In this document: piece after piece, positions 17,945-27,669 of the stretch
Position numbering within the stretch: the first letter of the stretch is position 1
Layout: every line of letters begins with the position of its first letter
DNA from: an uncultured Gammaproteobacteria bacterium
GTDB lineage: Bacteria > Patescibacteriota > Patescibacteriia > UBA9934
Reading direction: 5' to 3'
Length of the DNA: 53,198 bases
NCBI GenBank assembly: GCA_964569575.1
Contig: CAZMTL010000002.1
Coordinates: 85,618-138,815, forward strand
Translations under genes and position numbers: made by a program
Notes under the pieces: generated by a model
Database searches by the model: none
Told to the model about the DNA's origin: nothing
Seen by the model: the letters and a program-made list of their open reading frames with translations, nothing else

Positions 17945-20131
17945 CTAATTCAATTCTCCACGCTTTTTCATCACAGAACGATTCACCGTCGAATCAAACG
18001 CCATCGGCGCACCTTCTTCGAATCGAGAATACATCGTCGCATCAACGTCAATCACATAATCTGCCCAATCAGATCCGTACAACTCAGCCGCAACCTGTTC
18101 ACTTGGAACATGTCGTCGTACCGCTTTAGTCATATCAGTTGAATGCATTGCTACAGCGTATACCTTTGGATCACTCTGAAGTTTAATCAGCACGACTCCA
18201 GCCTTTGGAAGCATTGGCGCACCTAACGGGATCACAGACAACGTTGCGTTTGTCACCACTTCAACGTCATCAAAATCAGCAAAGTACGTGAAGTATGTCT
18301 GACTATTCATAAACGGACGTCGCGTACCATTTACATCGATATAGTAAACAGCATCATAAGAAGTTCCACGAATCAAGTCGCCGATACGAACATCAGAAAC
18401 CATCTCCACAACACCAGTCGTTGGACTCACTCCAGTTGGTGGCAAATCAAGCTCTTCTCCCATTTCTGAATCATTAGAACCCTCTTCTTCATCAACCGAC
18501 TCTTCTTCATCCACTCCTTCACAGTCAGAGCGATCAATCACAACACTCTGCGACAAAATAGCCGATCGGTTTCCAGAGCCTGTTTCGAAAAAGGCATAAA
18601 ACGTATCAGAAGCAGCAACGTCGCGTGAAACAACCATGCTAGAATTACTCATCGAGTACACCTCTGCTTCATAAAAATCGGCATTATCCGCAAGTACAAC
18701 TCGATTTGTATTCTGAGCAGCGAAATAGAAATCCACCTCAACCTGATCCGCACAAACATCACCCACTACAGAGTGCGTAAACGATACCTCTTCTGGATAC
18801 ACGACTATTCCATTGTTACCATCTGAAGAAATATACAAATAATTTGTTTCTAACGTCACAAGCCAAGCAGCTCCAAAGTTAACACCTCCATCATCATCAA
18901 ACGGAGCTCCAACCATTAATTCAGAAAGACCATTCCCATCTTTATCCTCAAGAAGCGTTAAAGCGTCTCCAAAACCACTTCCAGCAGGAATTGTTTCTCC
19001 AAAGCCACTCTGTCCAGTTGTAATACGTCGCTGAGCAACAACCTGATCATCTTCATCAATCGAAAGGAGATAAACAGAATCCTGTCCTCGAGCACCAACT
19101 GCAATTTCCATCGTACCGTCGTTATTCAAATCCCCCATCGCCTCCGCATCAAAACCGAACAATGCTCCAGCGGCAATATCATCAATACCCGAAAGCTCTG
19201 TTTGGTCCGCAACCGTTCCGTCATCGTTCAAATACACAATCCAACCCGATCCACCATTCGCCCCCTGAGTACCGTCCAAAACAGCACCAACGAAAAGGTC
19301 CTCAACACCATCTTCATTCCAATCTCCGATCGAAGCGACCGATTGCCCAAAGCGTGTTCCTGCCGCAAGACCTACTAAACCACCAGACAAAGAACTAATC
19401 TTCTGTTCAGCCAACACTGTTCCGTCATCATCCATAAACAAAATCCACACAGCTCCACTGTTCGCCCCTCCATCAGCATCCGTTGACGAACCGACGGCCA
19501 AATCAACTACACCGTTATCATCTACGTCACCGATTGTTGCAATAGAAGTTCCGAACGCAGCATTATTCCCCAATACACCATCAAAGCTACCTTCTAAATC
19601 ACTAATCTTCTGTTCAGCCTTCACCGTTCCATCAGCATTCAAGAACAAGATATAGACAGCTCCTCGTCCGCCACCACCATCATCGTCCTGAGGCGCACTA
19701 ACTGCAATGTCAGGCACACCATCCCCATCCATATCTCCCAAATCAGCAATCGAGCTACCAAATACATCGTTGTTATCAAGAACAGCCAAAAATCCACCTG
19801 CTGTATCACTAATCTTTGCAGTAGAAAGAGCAGTTCCGTCTGTGTCCATAAAAAAGATATGCACTGCTCCTCGACCACCGCCACCATCCCCATCACCAGA
19901 CTCCCCGATAACCAAATCGCGAACGCCGTTATCGTCCAAATCACCAATTTCCTGCATGCCGTCCCCAAAGTTTCCACCAGAAACAATTAATCCTGCAGAT
20001 TCTCCTTCAAGCTCAGTCCATTTTATCTGATCTACAACGGTAATGCGTGGATCAACGCCATATGCAGCGATTGCCGCGACAGGAATAAGAAACACAGCAA
20101 GAGCAAGTAAAAAATAATATTGATATTTCAT
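17945..20131 (-). CDS. secreted FG-GAP (integrin-alpha-like beta-propeller) repeat protein
   Basis: Repeated FG..(x)..GD.D.DG..D..VGA units, for example FGSSIADLGDMDGDGVPDIAVSAP and FGTSIATIGDVDDNGVVDLAVGS. Start moved to ATG 20131 (MKYQYYFLLALAVFLIPVAAIAAYG, a signal peptide). The track ORF starts at a TTG at 20242. Confidence 0.85.
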   Translation of the reverse strand: MKYQYYFLLALAVFLIPVAAIAAYGVDPRITVVDQIKWTELEGESAGLIVSGGNFGDGMQEIGDLDDNGVRDLVIGESGDGDGGGGRGAVHIFFMDTDGTALSTAKISDTAGGFLAVLDNNDVFGSSIADLGDMDGDGVPDIAVSAPQDDDGGGGRGAVYILFLNADGTVKAEQKISDLEGSFDGVLGNNAAFGTSIATIGDVDDNGVVDLAVGSSTDADGGANSGAVWILFMDDDGTVLAEQKISSLSGGLVGLAAGTRFGQSVASIGDWNEDGVEDLFVGAVLDGTQGANGGSGWIVYLNDDGTVADQTELSGIDDIAAGALFGFDAEAMGDLNNDGTMEIAVGARGQDSVYLLSIDEDDQVVAQRRITTGQSGFGETIPAGSGFGDALTLLEDKDGNGLSELMVGAPFDDDGGVNFGAAWLVTLETNYLYISSDGNNGIVVYPEEVSFTHSVVGDVCADQVEVDFYFAAQNTNRVVLADNADFYEAEVYSMSNSSMVVSRDVAASDTFYAFFETGSGNRSAILSQSVVIDRSDCEGVDEEESVDEEEGSNDSEMGEELDLPPTGVSPTTGVVEMVSDVRIGDLIRGTSYDAVYYIDVNGTRRPFMNSQTYFTYFADFDDVEVVTNATLSVIPLGAPMLPKAGVVLIKLQSDPKVYAVAMHSTDMTKAVRRHVPSEQVAAELYGSDWADYVIDVDATMYSRFEEGAPMAFDSTVNRSVMKKRGELN

Positions 20132-20271
20132 AATAAACAAAAATGACTTCTGAAAACAGTATAACAAAAATTCGCTAAACAAACTTGAATCTATCCACAA
20201 AAATGAAACAGCACCTTGCGAGCAGAAATAAACTTTAGTCAAAAGAGCGTCAAAAACACAATATTACTCTC

Positions 20272-20311
20272 AACAAAAAAACAAAAACACTCTGTAAAAC
20301 AGAGTGTTTTT
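20272..20311 (-). terminator. intrinsic terminator after tRNA-Val(UAC)
   Basis: 12-bp stem aaaaacactctg (20283-20294) / cagagtgttttt (20300-20311). On the minus strand it is followed by GUUUUUUUGUUG. Confidence 0.75.
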
Positions 20312-20312
20312 G

Positions 20313-20389
20313 TGGTGGGCGCTGAGGGACTCGAACCCCCGACCCTCTCGGTGTAAACGAGATGCTCTAGCCAGCTGAGCTAAGCGCCC
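20313..20389 (-). tRNA. tRNA-Val, anticodon UAC, CCA encoded
   Basis: The reverse complement is gggcgcttagctcagctggctagagcatctcgtttacaccgagagggtcgggggttcgagtccctcagcgcccacca. It forms a cloverleaf with anticodon loop TTTACAC. Confidence 0.93.
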
Positions 20390-20416
20390 TTACAATTCCT
20401 TACTTTAACGAGTGAA

Positions 20417-20445
20417 AGTATAGTCCCTGAAATGAATCATGTCAA
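20417..20445 (-). promoter_or_regulatory. sigma70-like promoter of tRNA-Val(UAC)
   Basis: On the minus strand: TTGACA (20445-20440), 17 nt spacer, TATACT (20422-20417). Confidence 0.55.
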
Positions 20446-20463
20446 CCATGCAATCATCCAACC

Positions 20464-20550
20464 TGGTGCGAACGGAGGGACTCGAACCCTCAAGCCACGA
20501 ATGGCACTAGCCCCTCAAGCTAGCGCGTATACCAATTCCGCCACGTTCGC
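20464..20550 (-). tRNA. tRNA-Leu, anticodon GAG, long variable arm, CCA encoded
   Basis: The reverse complement is gcgaacgtggcggaattggtatacgcgctagcttgaggggctagtgccattcgtggcttgagggttcgagtccctccgttcgcacca. The anticodon loop is TTGAGGG. Confidence 0.92.
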
Positions 20551-20574
20551 CCAATAACCCCTAACACGATCAGG

Positions 20575-20603
20575 ACTATACAAAAAAAGAACCCGACCGT
20601 CAA
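20575..20603 (-). promoter_or_regulatory. sigma70-like promoter of tRNA-Leu
   Basis: On the minus strand: TTGACG (20603-20598), a 17-nt spacer ending CTTTTTTTG, and TATAGT (20580-20575). TGTATAGT gives an extended -10. Confidence 0.6.
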
Positions 20604-20629
20604 CCAAACAACGCCACTACAAACAACCA

Positions 20630-21379
20630 TTAATCAACAAATAAACGCTGCTTCCCGGTGATTAACGTAAGATGATTCTTCATCACCCGAACACGCAAAT
20701 CAGCCGAAGAAAATTCCTCACCGTCCACGAACACACGAACTGGTTCTGCGATAGAAATATGCGCATCCGTAATCGAAAGTACACTGGAATGTATTTGCTT
20801 CCGGCCAAACCATCCCCGTTCAGGCACTTGAATAATCAAATCTAACTTTCCATCTGTCGGCCGCGCTGCTCGAATTGCATCTTCTTGCACATCCAAATTC
20901 CGCACCTCAATTCGAGAACCCGCCAAACACTGAAGCGAAAACGTTTCCCCACAAGCAATCTTCACCATCGAAGGAGCATCGAAAAAAAATTTGTGAATAA
21001 ACCTCTTCCCATTCACCACCCCCGTATCCAATTTGTGCACAATACGCGCCGCCACAATTTCACACGCCGCAATACCGCTTGGCACCCCAATCATTTCTGC
21101 AATCGTATTCTCACCTCCAAGCGGAATAATCCCCATCGCAACCCCACTCTCTCCTGCCGCATCAATTACCTTACGCAACGTCAAATCATTTCCAACAGCA
21201 ATAATATTCTTCGCACCTTTACGAATTTCGTCCTTAATCAGCTCTGAAGCATCACGAAAAAGCGCCAAACGCGCCACTTTGCCCGAAATACCTAAATCGG
21301 TAAGTCGTGTTTCGATCTGCGCAAGTTCGCGTTCGTACTTCGAATCCTGAACAAATTCATCGTAAATATAGTAATACAT
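20630..21379 (-). CDS. diacylglycerol-kinase-catalytic-domain (YegS/BmrU-like) lipid kinase
   Basis: 249 aa. NIIAVGNDLTLRKVIDAAGESGVAMGIIPLGGENTIA resembles the DAGK_cat motif, with GGDGT degenerate as GNDLT. Confidence 0.6.
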   Translation of the reverse strand: MYYYIYDEFVQDSKYERELAQIETRLTDLGISGKVARLALFRDASELIKDEIRKGAKNIIAVGNDLTLRKVIDAAGESGVAMGIIPLGGENTIAEMIGVPSGIAACEIVAARIVHKLDTGVVNGKRFIHKFFFDAPSMVKIACGETFSLQCLAGSRIEVRNLDVQEDAIRAARPTDGKLDLIIQVPERGWFGRKQIHSSVLSITDAHISIAEPVRVFVDGEEFSSADLRVRVMKNHLTLITGKQRLFVD

Positions 21380-21396
21380 GCCGGTAAAGCCTCCTG

Positions 21397-21750
21397 TTAT
21401 TCCTCCTGCACTGTCTTTCCAGTTCCATTCATCAAAATCTGCCCCTGAATCTTTGCCCCAGCAGCAACCGTTAATACATTACAAGTCACATCCCCCAAAA
21501 TGGTCGCCGTTTCCAAAATATCCAAACGATTCTGCACCATAATCTGGCCTTCAACCACACCACTCACAACAGCATTATTCGCAGAAACATCTGCCTTTAC
21601 ACGCGAGTGTCCGCCGAGGCGCAAATCTCCCGCCGTCCGAACATGACCCTTAATCTCTCCTTCCACATACACATCCCCCTCACTCGCAAAATCTCCTTCA
21701 AGCACTACCCCCTGTGCTATAACCGTTTCTTCCGAACTATTTTTAGCCAT
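21397..21750 (-). CDS. bactofilin (polymer-forming cytoskeletal protein)
   Basis: 117 aa. Shows beta-helical repeats: VIAQGVVLEGDFASEGDVYVEGEIKGHVRTAGDLRLGGHSRVKADVSANNAVVSGVVEGQI. Confidence 0.85.
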   Translation of the reverse strand: MAKNSSEETVIAQGVVLEGDFASEGDVYVEGEIKGHVRTAGDLRLGGHSRVKADVSANNAVVSGVVEGQIMVQNRLDILETATILGDVTCNVLTVAAGAKIQGQILMNGTGKTVQEE

Positions 21751-21776
21751 ACTTCATCGTTAATTTCGATACATCA

Positions 21777-21805
21777 AGTGTATCGAAGCCTATTTTATTG
21801 AGCAA
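21777..21805 (-). promoter_or_regulatory. sigma70-like promoter of the bactofilin gene
   Basis: On the minus strand: TTGCTC (21805-21800), 17 nt spacer, TACACT (21782-21777). Confidence 0.45.
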
Positions 21806-21840
21806 CTAACCCTGTGGACGCTTCTTAAAAGAACATTCAT

Positions 21841-21878
21841 CAACAAACAAAAAGCTGTACTCAAAAGGTACAGCTTTT
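21841..21878 (-). terminator. intrinsic terminator ending the valS-tyrS-argS unit
   Basis: 11-bp stem aaaagctgtac (21850-21860) / gtacagctttt (21868-21878). On the minus strand it is followed by UGUUUGUUG. Confidence 0.75.
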
Positions 21879-21901
21879 CAAAAGAGTTAACTTCTCTTTC
21901 A

Positions 21902-23608
21902 TTACATTTCATCTAACGTATCAATTCCCAGTAAGTCCATCGCATTTTCGAGCGACGTCCTTACCGCACCAATCAACGCAAGTCGAGCTGGAATCTTGTC
22001 CGCTTCTTCTTCGTTCAAAATTTTCACTTGGTGATAATACTCTGCAAATAACTTCGAAACTTCAAACGCCCACATGGCAATAGAAGAAACCTGGAACGTA
22101 GCACTCGCTCGCTGAACAACCACCGGAAATTCCATCAACGCACGAACCAATTCTTGCTCCGTCGGATGCGTAAGCAGCGCAGCATTTACCTTCGCTTTCT
22201 TTTTCGCCTGCCTCTCAATGCTCGAAATACGTGCAACCGTGTACAAAATATACGGTGCCGTGTAGCCATCAAACGACATCGCTTCTTCCATGTCGAACGT
22301 GATCACACTCTCAGGATCTTGTCGCAACATGGTAAACGAAATACTCGCCATCGTAAGAACACGCGCCACTTCTTTTACCTTCTTTTCACTCCAATCTTCA
22401 TGCCGCAGTCGTGTTTCTTGCGCAAATTTCGCCATCATTTCATCACGAAATGTTTCATATCGAACAATATTCCCTTGCCGCGAAGACATTGCTCCGTCCG
22501 GAAGAGTTACCATTTCAAAAGCAAAATGCTTTAATTCCGCAGAAAATCCCATGCGCTTTAACGCAGCGAACAGCTGTTTAAAATAGAAACTTTGACGTGC
22601 ATCAACCAACAGAATCTGCCGGTCAGGATCATAATCTCGCTGTCTTCGGAAGGCGAGCGCAATATCTTTCGTTGCATACAACGAAGAACCATCAGACTTC
22701 AATATCAAGAATACGCCTAGCCCTTCATCTTCCAAATCAATAACGGTAGCGCCTTCGCTTTTCTTCGCAACACCCTCTGTCAACAACCGCTTAACCATTT
22801 CCTTACCCTCTTCTTCTACATCACTTTCGTAATACCAAACATCTGGCTGAACATCGAATTCTTTATAAATGGATCGAAACGAATCCAAGCTCCACTCACG
22901 AGTTTCTTTCCAAAGTGAATACCAAGGCTCTTCCTCTGCCTCTAACTTCCGCTGCACATCTGCAATCTCTTCCTTCGCTTCAGGATGTTCATCTACATAA
23001 CGAGTTGCCTCTGTATAAATTTCTCCTAACTTTGCAGCACGTGTCGCTTTTTCAAACTTTTCACCATCATGAAATTTCTTCATTCCCCACAAAGCTTTCG
23101 CAACATGCGCACCAATGTCTCCGATATAAGCACCTAACACCACCTTGTATCCATTTGCACGCAAAACACGCGCAAGTGATTGCGGTAAAGAGGTATTACG
23201 AATATGTCCGATATGAAATTCCTTGTGTGTATTCGGCGACATTCCTTCCACAAAAATCTCACGTCCATTTCCAGAAGTCCCATTTCCATACTTCTCCTTC
23301 GCAACAGAAATTTCCTTCAACACACTTTCTGTCACCGCTTCATTTTTCAAATAAAAATTCACATACGGCCCTAATGCCACAATTTTGTCGATCAAATCCG
23401 TTGGAGCAATTTTGGCCGCAAGTTCGGTCGCGATTTCTTTCGGATTACGCTTCGCGCCCTTCGCAAGTTCAAAACACGGAAACGCAAAATCTCCCAATTC
23501 TTTCTTTGGGGGATCTTCCAGCATATCTACCGAAACGGTAAATGATTTTCCAATCGATTTTTTCAGCGCCTTCACCACATCCAGCGCCGCTTTTTGTTTT
23601 GTATACAT
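21902..23608 (-). CDS. argS: arginine--tRNA ligase
   Basis: 568 aa. Has a class I HIGH region (NTHKEFHIGHIRN) and MSSRQGN. The C-terminal anticodon-binding domain ends ...GIDTLDEM. Confidence 0.92.
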   Translation of the reverse strand: MYTKQKAALDVVKALKKSIGKSFTVSVDMLEDPPKKELGDFAFPCFELAKGAKRNPKEIATELAAKIAPTDLIDKIVALGPYVNFYLKNEAVTESVLKEISVAKEKYGNGTSGNGREIFVEGMSPNTHKEFHIGHIRNTSLPQSLARVLRANGYKVVLGAYIGDIGAHVAKALWGMKKFHDGEKFEKATRAAKLGEIYTEATRYVDEHPEAKEEIADVQRKLEAEEEPWYSLWKETREWSLDSFRSIYKEFDVQPDVWYYESDVEEEGKEMVKRLLTEGVAKKSEGATVIDLEDEGLGVFLILKSDGSSLYATKDIALAFRRQRDYDPDRQILLVDARQSFYFKQLFAALKRMGFSAELKHFAFEMVTLPDGAMSSRQGNIVRYETFRDEMMAKFAQETRLRHEDWSEKKVKEVARVLTMASISFTMLRQDPESVITFDMEEAMSFDGYTAPYILYTVARISSIERQAKKKAKVNAALLTHPTEQELVRALMEFPVVVQRASATFQVSSIAMWAFEVSKLFAEYYHQVKILNEEEADKIPARLALIGAVRTSLENAMDLLGIDTLDEM

Positions 23609-23652
23609 AATGAAAATAAATTCACATAACCGTAACTCACGTCCGCAACCCC

Positions 23653-24843
23653 CTACCCCCTAACCAATCGAACAAAATGCCGCTTTCCTTTCTGAAGCAC
23701 CGCTTCTTTCGCTTCGATTTGCACATCCTGCCCTTCAACAACAGTACCGTCAATCTTCACGCCGCCCTGATCAACCGCTCGGCGCGCTTCCGATTTTGAA
23801 GAAACTAATCCGGCCGCCACAAGTAAATCAACCACATTCATCGCGCCAGTCATCACAAATTCAGGCATCTCTTCTGGCAATTCGCCACGCGAAAACACTT
23901 GTTCAAAATGAGCTTCCGCACGCGTTGCCGCATCTGCATCAACAAACATAGTCACCACTTCGCGCGCCAATTCCATCTTCACCTCCTTAGGATTCACTCC
24001 GTCCGCCAATCGCTTCTTCACATCAGCAACATCAGCTTCGCTGCGAAGCGTCACAATTTCAAAATACGGCACAATCACATCATCCGCCATCGCCATAATT
24101 TTTCCGTACATCTCTTCCGGCGCATCCGTAAGTGCAATCAATCCGCCTTCCGATTTACTCATCTTCTTCCCTTCATCATTCGTAAGCAATCGAGTTGTCA
24201 CAACAGCCTTCTCTTTTCCGGTCATCGATTTCATCAACGTACGCCCTGCCAACATGTTAAATGTCTGATCACTCCCCCCAATCTCGACATCTACATCCAT
24301 CGCCACCGAATCATACGCCTGCATTAAAGGATAGAAAAATTCGTGAAGGTACACTGGCTTCCCTTCTTCCAGTCGCTTTTCAAACATGTCACGCTCAACC
24401 ATTTGTTGAACTGTAAAATGACTCGCAAGCTGAATCACATCTTCAAATTTCATCGCCGACAACCATTCGTGATTGAACTTCAACTGCGCAGGATTTTCGC
24501 CGTCAAACCGCAAAATCTTCGCCGCTTGATCTTGATACGACTTCGCATTTGCCAAAACCTGTTCCTGTGTTAACTGAACGCGCGCCGCCATCTTGTCGGT
24601 TGGGTCACCAATCATGGCCGTAAACGAACCTATCAGCAAAATCACTTCATGCCCCATGTCCTGAAATTCCCGCAGCTTCTGAAGCGGAATCGCATGACCG
24701 ATGTGTAGTATTTCACTCGTTGGATCCACCCCAAGATACACACGCAATTTCTCACCCTTCTCTAAACGCGACGCTAAAAATTCCGAACTCGGGTACACCG
24801 CGTCCACTGCATGCGTTAATAATCGAGAAACATCTTCTTTCAT
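23653..24843 (-). CDS. tyrS: tyrosine--tRNA ligase
   Basis: 396 aa. Shows GVDPTSEILHIGHAIPL, KMSKS and a C-terminal S4-like domain (SKSEARRAVDQGGVKIDG). Confidence 0.92.
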   Translation of the reverse strand: MKEDVSRLLTHAVDAVYPSSEFLASRLEKGEKLRVYLGVDPTSEILHIGHAIPLQKLREFQDMGHEVILLIGSFTAMIGDPTDKMAARVQLTQEQVLANAKSYQDQAAKILRFDGENPAQLKFNHEWLSAMKFEDVIQLASHFTVQQMVERDMFEKRLEEGKPVYLHEFFYPLMQAYDSVAMDVDVEIGGSDQTFNMLAGRTLMKSMTGKEKAVVTTRLLTNDEGKKMSKSEGGLIALTDAPEEMYGKIMAMADDVIVPYFEIVTLRSEADVADVKKRLADGVNPKEVKMELAREVVTMFVDADAATRAEAHFEQVFSRGELPEEMPEFVMTGAMNVVDLLVAAGLVSSKSEARRAVDQGGVKIDGTVVEGQDVQIEAKEAVLQKGKRHFVRLVRG

Positions 24844-24847
24844 AAAA

Positions 24848-27496
24848 TTAATCTAATTGGGTAATTTCGCGTGCCAACACCTCTTCTTTCGATCGCGCTT
24901 CTGCTAAACGCGCCTTCTCCATTTCGATCACCTTCGCCGGCGCATTCTGCACAAAGGAGTCATTCGACAGCTTCGATTCAATCGAAGCAACAAGCTTCCG
25001 AACTTCATCAAGCGACTTCTGCAATCGAATTTTCTCTTGCGCTAAATCTACCATACCAGCAAGCGGCAACGAAACAGAAACACTTCCCGCCACAAACACC
25101 GCACTCTTTCCATTTTCGGAACTTGCATCAAACGAAAGTGAAGAAAGTCGAGCAAGCGCAGAAATGACTTCCGCAGAATCCTGAAGATGCTCCCCTCCCG
25201 AAATAAACGCCTCCACCTTCTTCTCTGGCGCTACCTTATATTGAGCCCGCAACGACCGAATTCCCGTAATCACCGCACAAACTTCATCAAACCGCGCAAT
25301 CGCGGCCGTGCCGTCCGTAGCCTTGGCGAAGGAAGGCCATGAAGCCACCATCAACAAATCCTTCTCAAACCGCTTATAAATCTCTTCCGTCACAAACGGC
25401 ATAAACGGATGCCACAACTTCAATACGGCTTCCAATACATACAACAACACTGCATCGGTTGAAGCCGAACGTCGCTCGTCGCGCTTCTGAATTTTTGCCA
25501 CCTCCAAATACCAATCCGCAAAATCATTCCACGTAAACGCCCGCAACTTCTCCCCAAGTAACGAAAGTTCGTACTTCTCAAAATGCTCCGTCACCTCCTG
25601 CGTCACCGCTTGCAATCGCGAAAGAATCCACGCATCCGCATCGGTTAAATCATTCGGTAATGCTGAAACAGACTCAACCTTCTCCACACTTGTAAGTACG
25701 AATCGAGAAATATTCCACAACTTGTTCGTAAAATTTCTAAAACTCGCAATCTTCTCCACCGACAACTTCGAATCGTTCCCAGGACTAGAACCAATCAACA
25801 AACTCAACCGCGTCGCATCGGCCCCATATTCCGCAATCGTGTCTAGTGGATTGATAATATTATCGAGCGACTTACTCATCTTTCGTCCCTTGTCGTCACG
25901 CACCAATCCGTGCAAATACACCGTCTTAAACGGAATTTCGCCAACCAAATACGTCGACATCAAAATCATCCGCGCAACCCAAAAGAACAAAATATCATAC
26001 CCCGTCTCAAGCAAATTAGTCGGGTGGTAACGCTTAAAATCCTCCGCCTCAACATTCGGCCAACCAAGAGTAGAGAATGTCCAAAGACCTGACGAGAACC
26101 AAGTATCGAGTGTGTCTTCATCTTGAATCCAATCGTCACCAGCGGGCGCAGACCCAACGCTCATCTCATCACCACGGTACCAAACCGGCACACGATGCCC
26201 GAACCAAATCTGACGACTAATATTCCAGTCGCGCAAATTATCAATCCAATGGAAGTACGTTTTATTAAAACGATCCGGCAAAATTTCCACTTGATTCTTT
26301 TCAACCACATGCCGCATCAGCTGCTTCAACGTCACCATCTCCCCATCTTCAATTCCTTCCATTGGTGCATGTTGCGATTTCTTAAACGCAAATGCTTTAT
26401 TCACGTCTACAAACCACTGCATCTTCGGAAGCGGTTCAATCACAGCACCTGTTCGTTCTGCGACCGAAATATTCTGATCCACCTCATCTGTTGATTCCAA
26501 CAACCCTTGCGTCTCAAGCCAGGCAACCACTTCTTTTCGAGCTTCCTTCACAGCTTTTCCAGCAACCGCACCTGCGCCTGACGTCATCAATCCATCCTCT
26601 CCAATCACTTGAATCATCTCTAACTCATGTCGCTTCGCGATATCTGCATCAATCTGCGAATGCGCCGGCGTTACTCCAAGCGCACCTGTTCCGAACGCGT
26701 CGTCCACGGCTTCATCTCCTACAACCTTCAACGTCAATTTTGCCCCACAAAAATCTTCCACCACAATTACCTTCCCAATAAATTTCTTCCACCGACCTTC
26801 GGGGTGAACCGCAACCGCCGTATCGCCCACCTTCGTCTCAGGTCGAGTAGTCGAAATCGCAATAGGAAAATCGTTACTGTATTTAAAGGTATACAGCTTC
26901 GCCTTACTTTCTTTATGAACCACTTCGTCATCCGAAACGGTTGTCTGCCCAACCAGATCCCAGTTTACAATTCGGTATCCTCGGTAAATCAACCCATCGT
27001 CATACATCCGTTTAAACGCTTCGTTCACCGCCGTATTTCGAGCGTCGTCGAGTGTATACGCTTCGCGCGTCCAATCCACACTCGCTCCCATCTTTTTCAT
27101 TTGATCAACAATCGTGTCATGCGAATCCTGAGCAAACGCACGCACACGACCCAAAAATTCATCACGACCTAAATCGTGTCGAGTCTTCCCTTCTTCTTCC
27201 TGCAAAATCTTTTCCACCTTTGTCTGCGTCGCGATCGCCGCATGGTCCGTTCCCGGAATCCAGAGCGCTCGCTTTCCACGCATACGCTGAAACCGCACAA
27301 CCGCGTCTTCAATCGCCAACATGACCGCATGCCCCAAATGAAGCGTTCCTGTTACATTTGGCGGCGGAAGTACAATCGAAAAAGCTTCGGTACGAGCTTC
27401 CAAATTAGGCAAATTTTCGGGAGTAAAATAACCGCTCTTCTGCCAAGCGGCATAAATAGCATCTTCGACCAGCTTAGAATCGTACGCTTTTTCCAT
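24848..27496 (-). CDS. valS: valine--tRNA ligase
   Basis: 882 aa. Shows PPPNVTGTLHLGHA, KMSKSLDN and a C-terminal coiled coil. Confidence 0.95.
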   Translation of the reverse strand: MEKAYDSKLVEDAIYAAWQKSGYFTPENLPNLEARTEAFSIVLPPPNVTGTLHLGHAVMLAIEDAVVRFQRMRGKRALWIPGTDHAAIATQTKVEKILQEEEGKTRHDLGRDEFLGRVRAFAQDSHDTIVDQMKKMGASVDWTREAYTLDDARNTAVNEAFKRMYDDGLIYRGYRIVNWDLVGQTTVSDDEVVHKESKAKLYTFKYSNDFPIAISTTRPETKVGDTAVAVHPEGRWKKFIGKVIVVEDFCGAKLTLKVVGDEAVDDAFGTGALGVTPAHSQIDADIAKRHELEMIQVIGEDGLMTSGAGAVAGKAVKEARKEVVAWLETQGLLESTDEVDQNISVAERTGAVIEPLPKMQWFVDVNKAFAFKKSQHAPMEGIEDGEMVTLKQLMRHVVEKNQVEILPDRFNKTYFHWIDNLRDWNISRQIWFGHRVPVWYRGDEMSVGSAPAGDDWIQDEDTLDTWFSSGLWTFSTLGWPNVEAEDFKRYHPTNLLETGYDILFFWVARMILMSTYLVGEIPFKTVYLHGLVRDDKGRKMSKSLDNIINPLDTIAEYGADATRLSLLIGSSPGNDSKLSVEKIASFRNFTNKLWNISRFVLTSVEKVESVSALPNDLTDADAWILSRLQAVTQEVTEHFEKYELSLLGEKLRAFTWNDFADWYLEVAKIQKRDERRSASTDAVLLYVLEAVLKLWHPFMPFVTEEIYKRFEKDLLMVASWPSFAKATDGTAAIARFDEVCAVITGIRSLRAQYKVAPEKKVEAFISGGEHLQDSAEVISALARLSSLSFDASSENGKSAVFVAGSVSVSLPLAGMVDLAQEKIRLQKSLDEVRKLVASIESKLSNDSFVQNAPAKVIEMEKARLAEARSKEEVLAREITQLD

Positions 27497-27606
27497 AAAA
27501 AATCAGAAATGATTGCAGAGGTTTTACCCGTACATGCTACCAAAAAATCAAACAAAATCAATGATTCAAAGCTGTTCCACCAAAGCAAACACAAATCGCC
27601 GGCTGC

Positions 27607-27635
27607 TTGACTCGAACATAAATTGCAAGTAAGCT
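27607..27635 (+). promoter_or_regulatory. possible promoter of the DHH-like gene
   Basis: TTGACT (27607-27612), 17 nt spacer, TAAGCT (27630-27635). Confidence 0.35.
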
Positions 27636-27669
27636 ACCTCTCTTCCCATGCTGTCGCCTCTACACGTAC

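Noticed and set aside
20132-20242. N-terminal extensions produced by alternative start codons in the ORF track (also 3509-3589, 6191-6283, 13558-13611, 15272-15298, 31494-31511, 33582-33620, 35811-35885, 38860-38925, 47641-47655, 52940-52996).
   Set aside because: The extensions overlap upstream genes, terminators, promoter hexamers or leader hairpins. They also precede obvious signal peptides or conserved N-termini. An internal ATG is the better start in each case.
27497-27669. Divergent valS / DHH-gene spacer considered as a replication origin or a T-box leader for valS.
   Set aside because: There is no cluster of DnaA-box-like TTATCCACA motifs and no adjacent dnaA/dnaN. The spacer is only about 170 nt, and I could not find the T-box consensus (AATTAGGGTGGTACCGCG-like) or a specifier/antiterminator arrangement.
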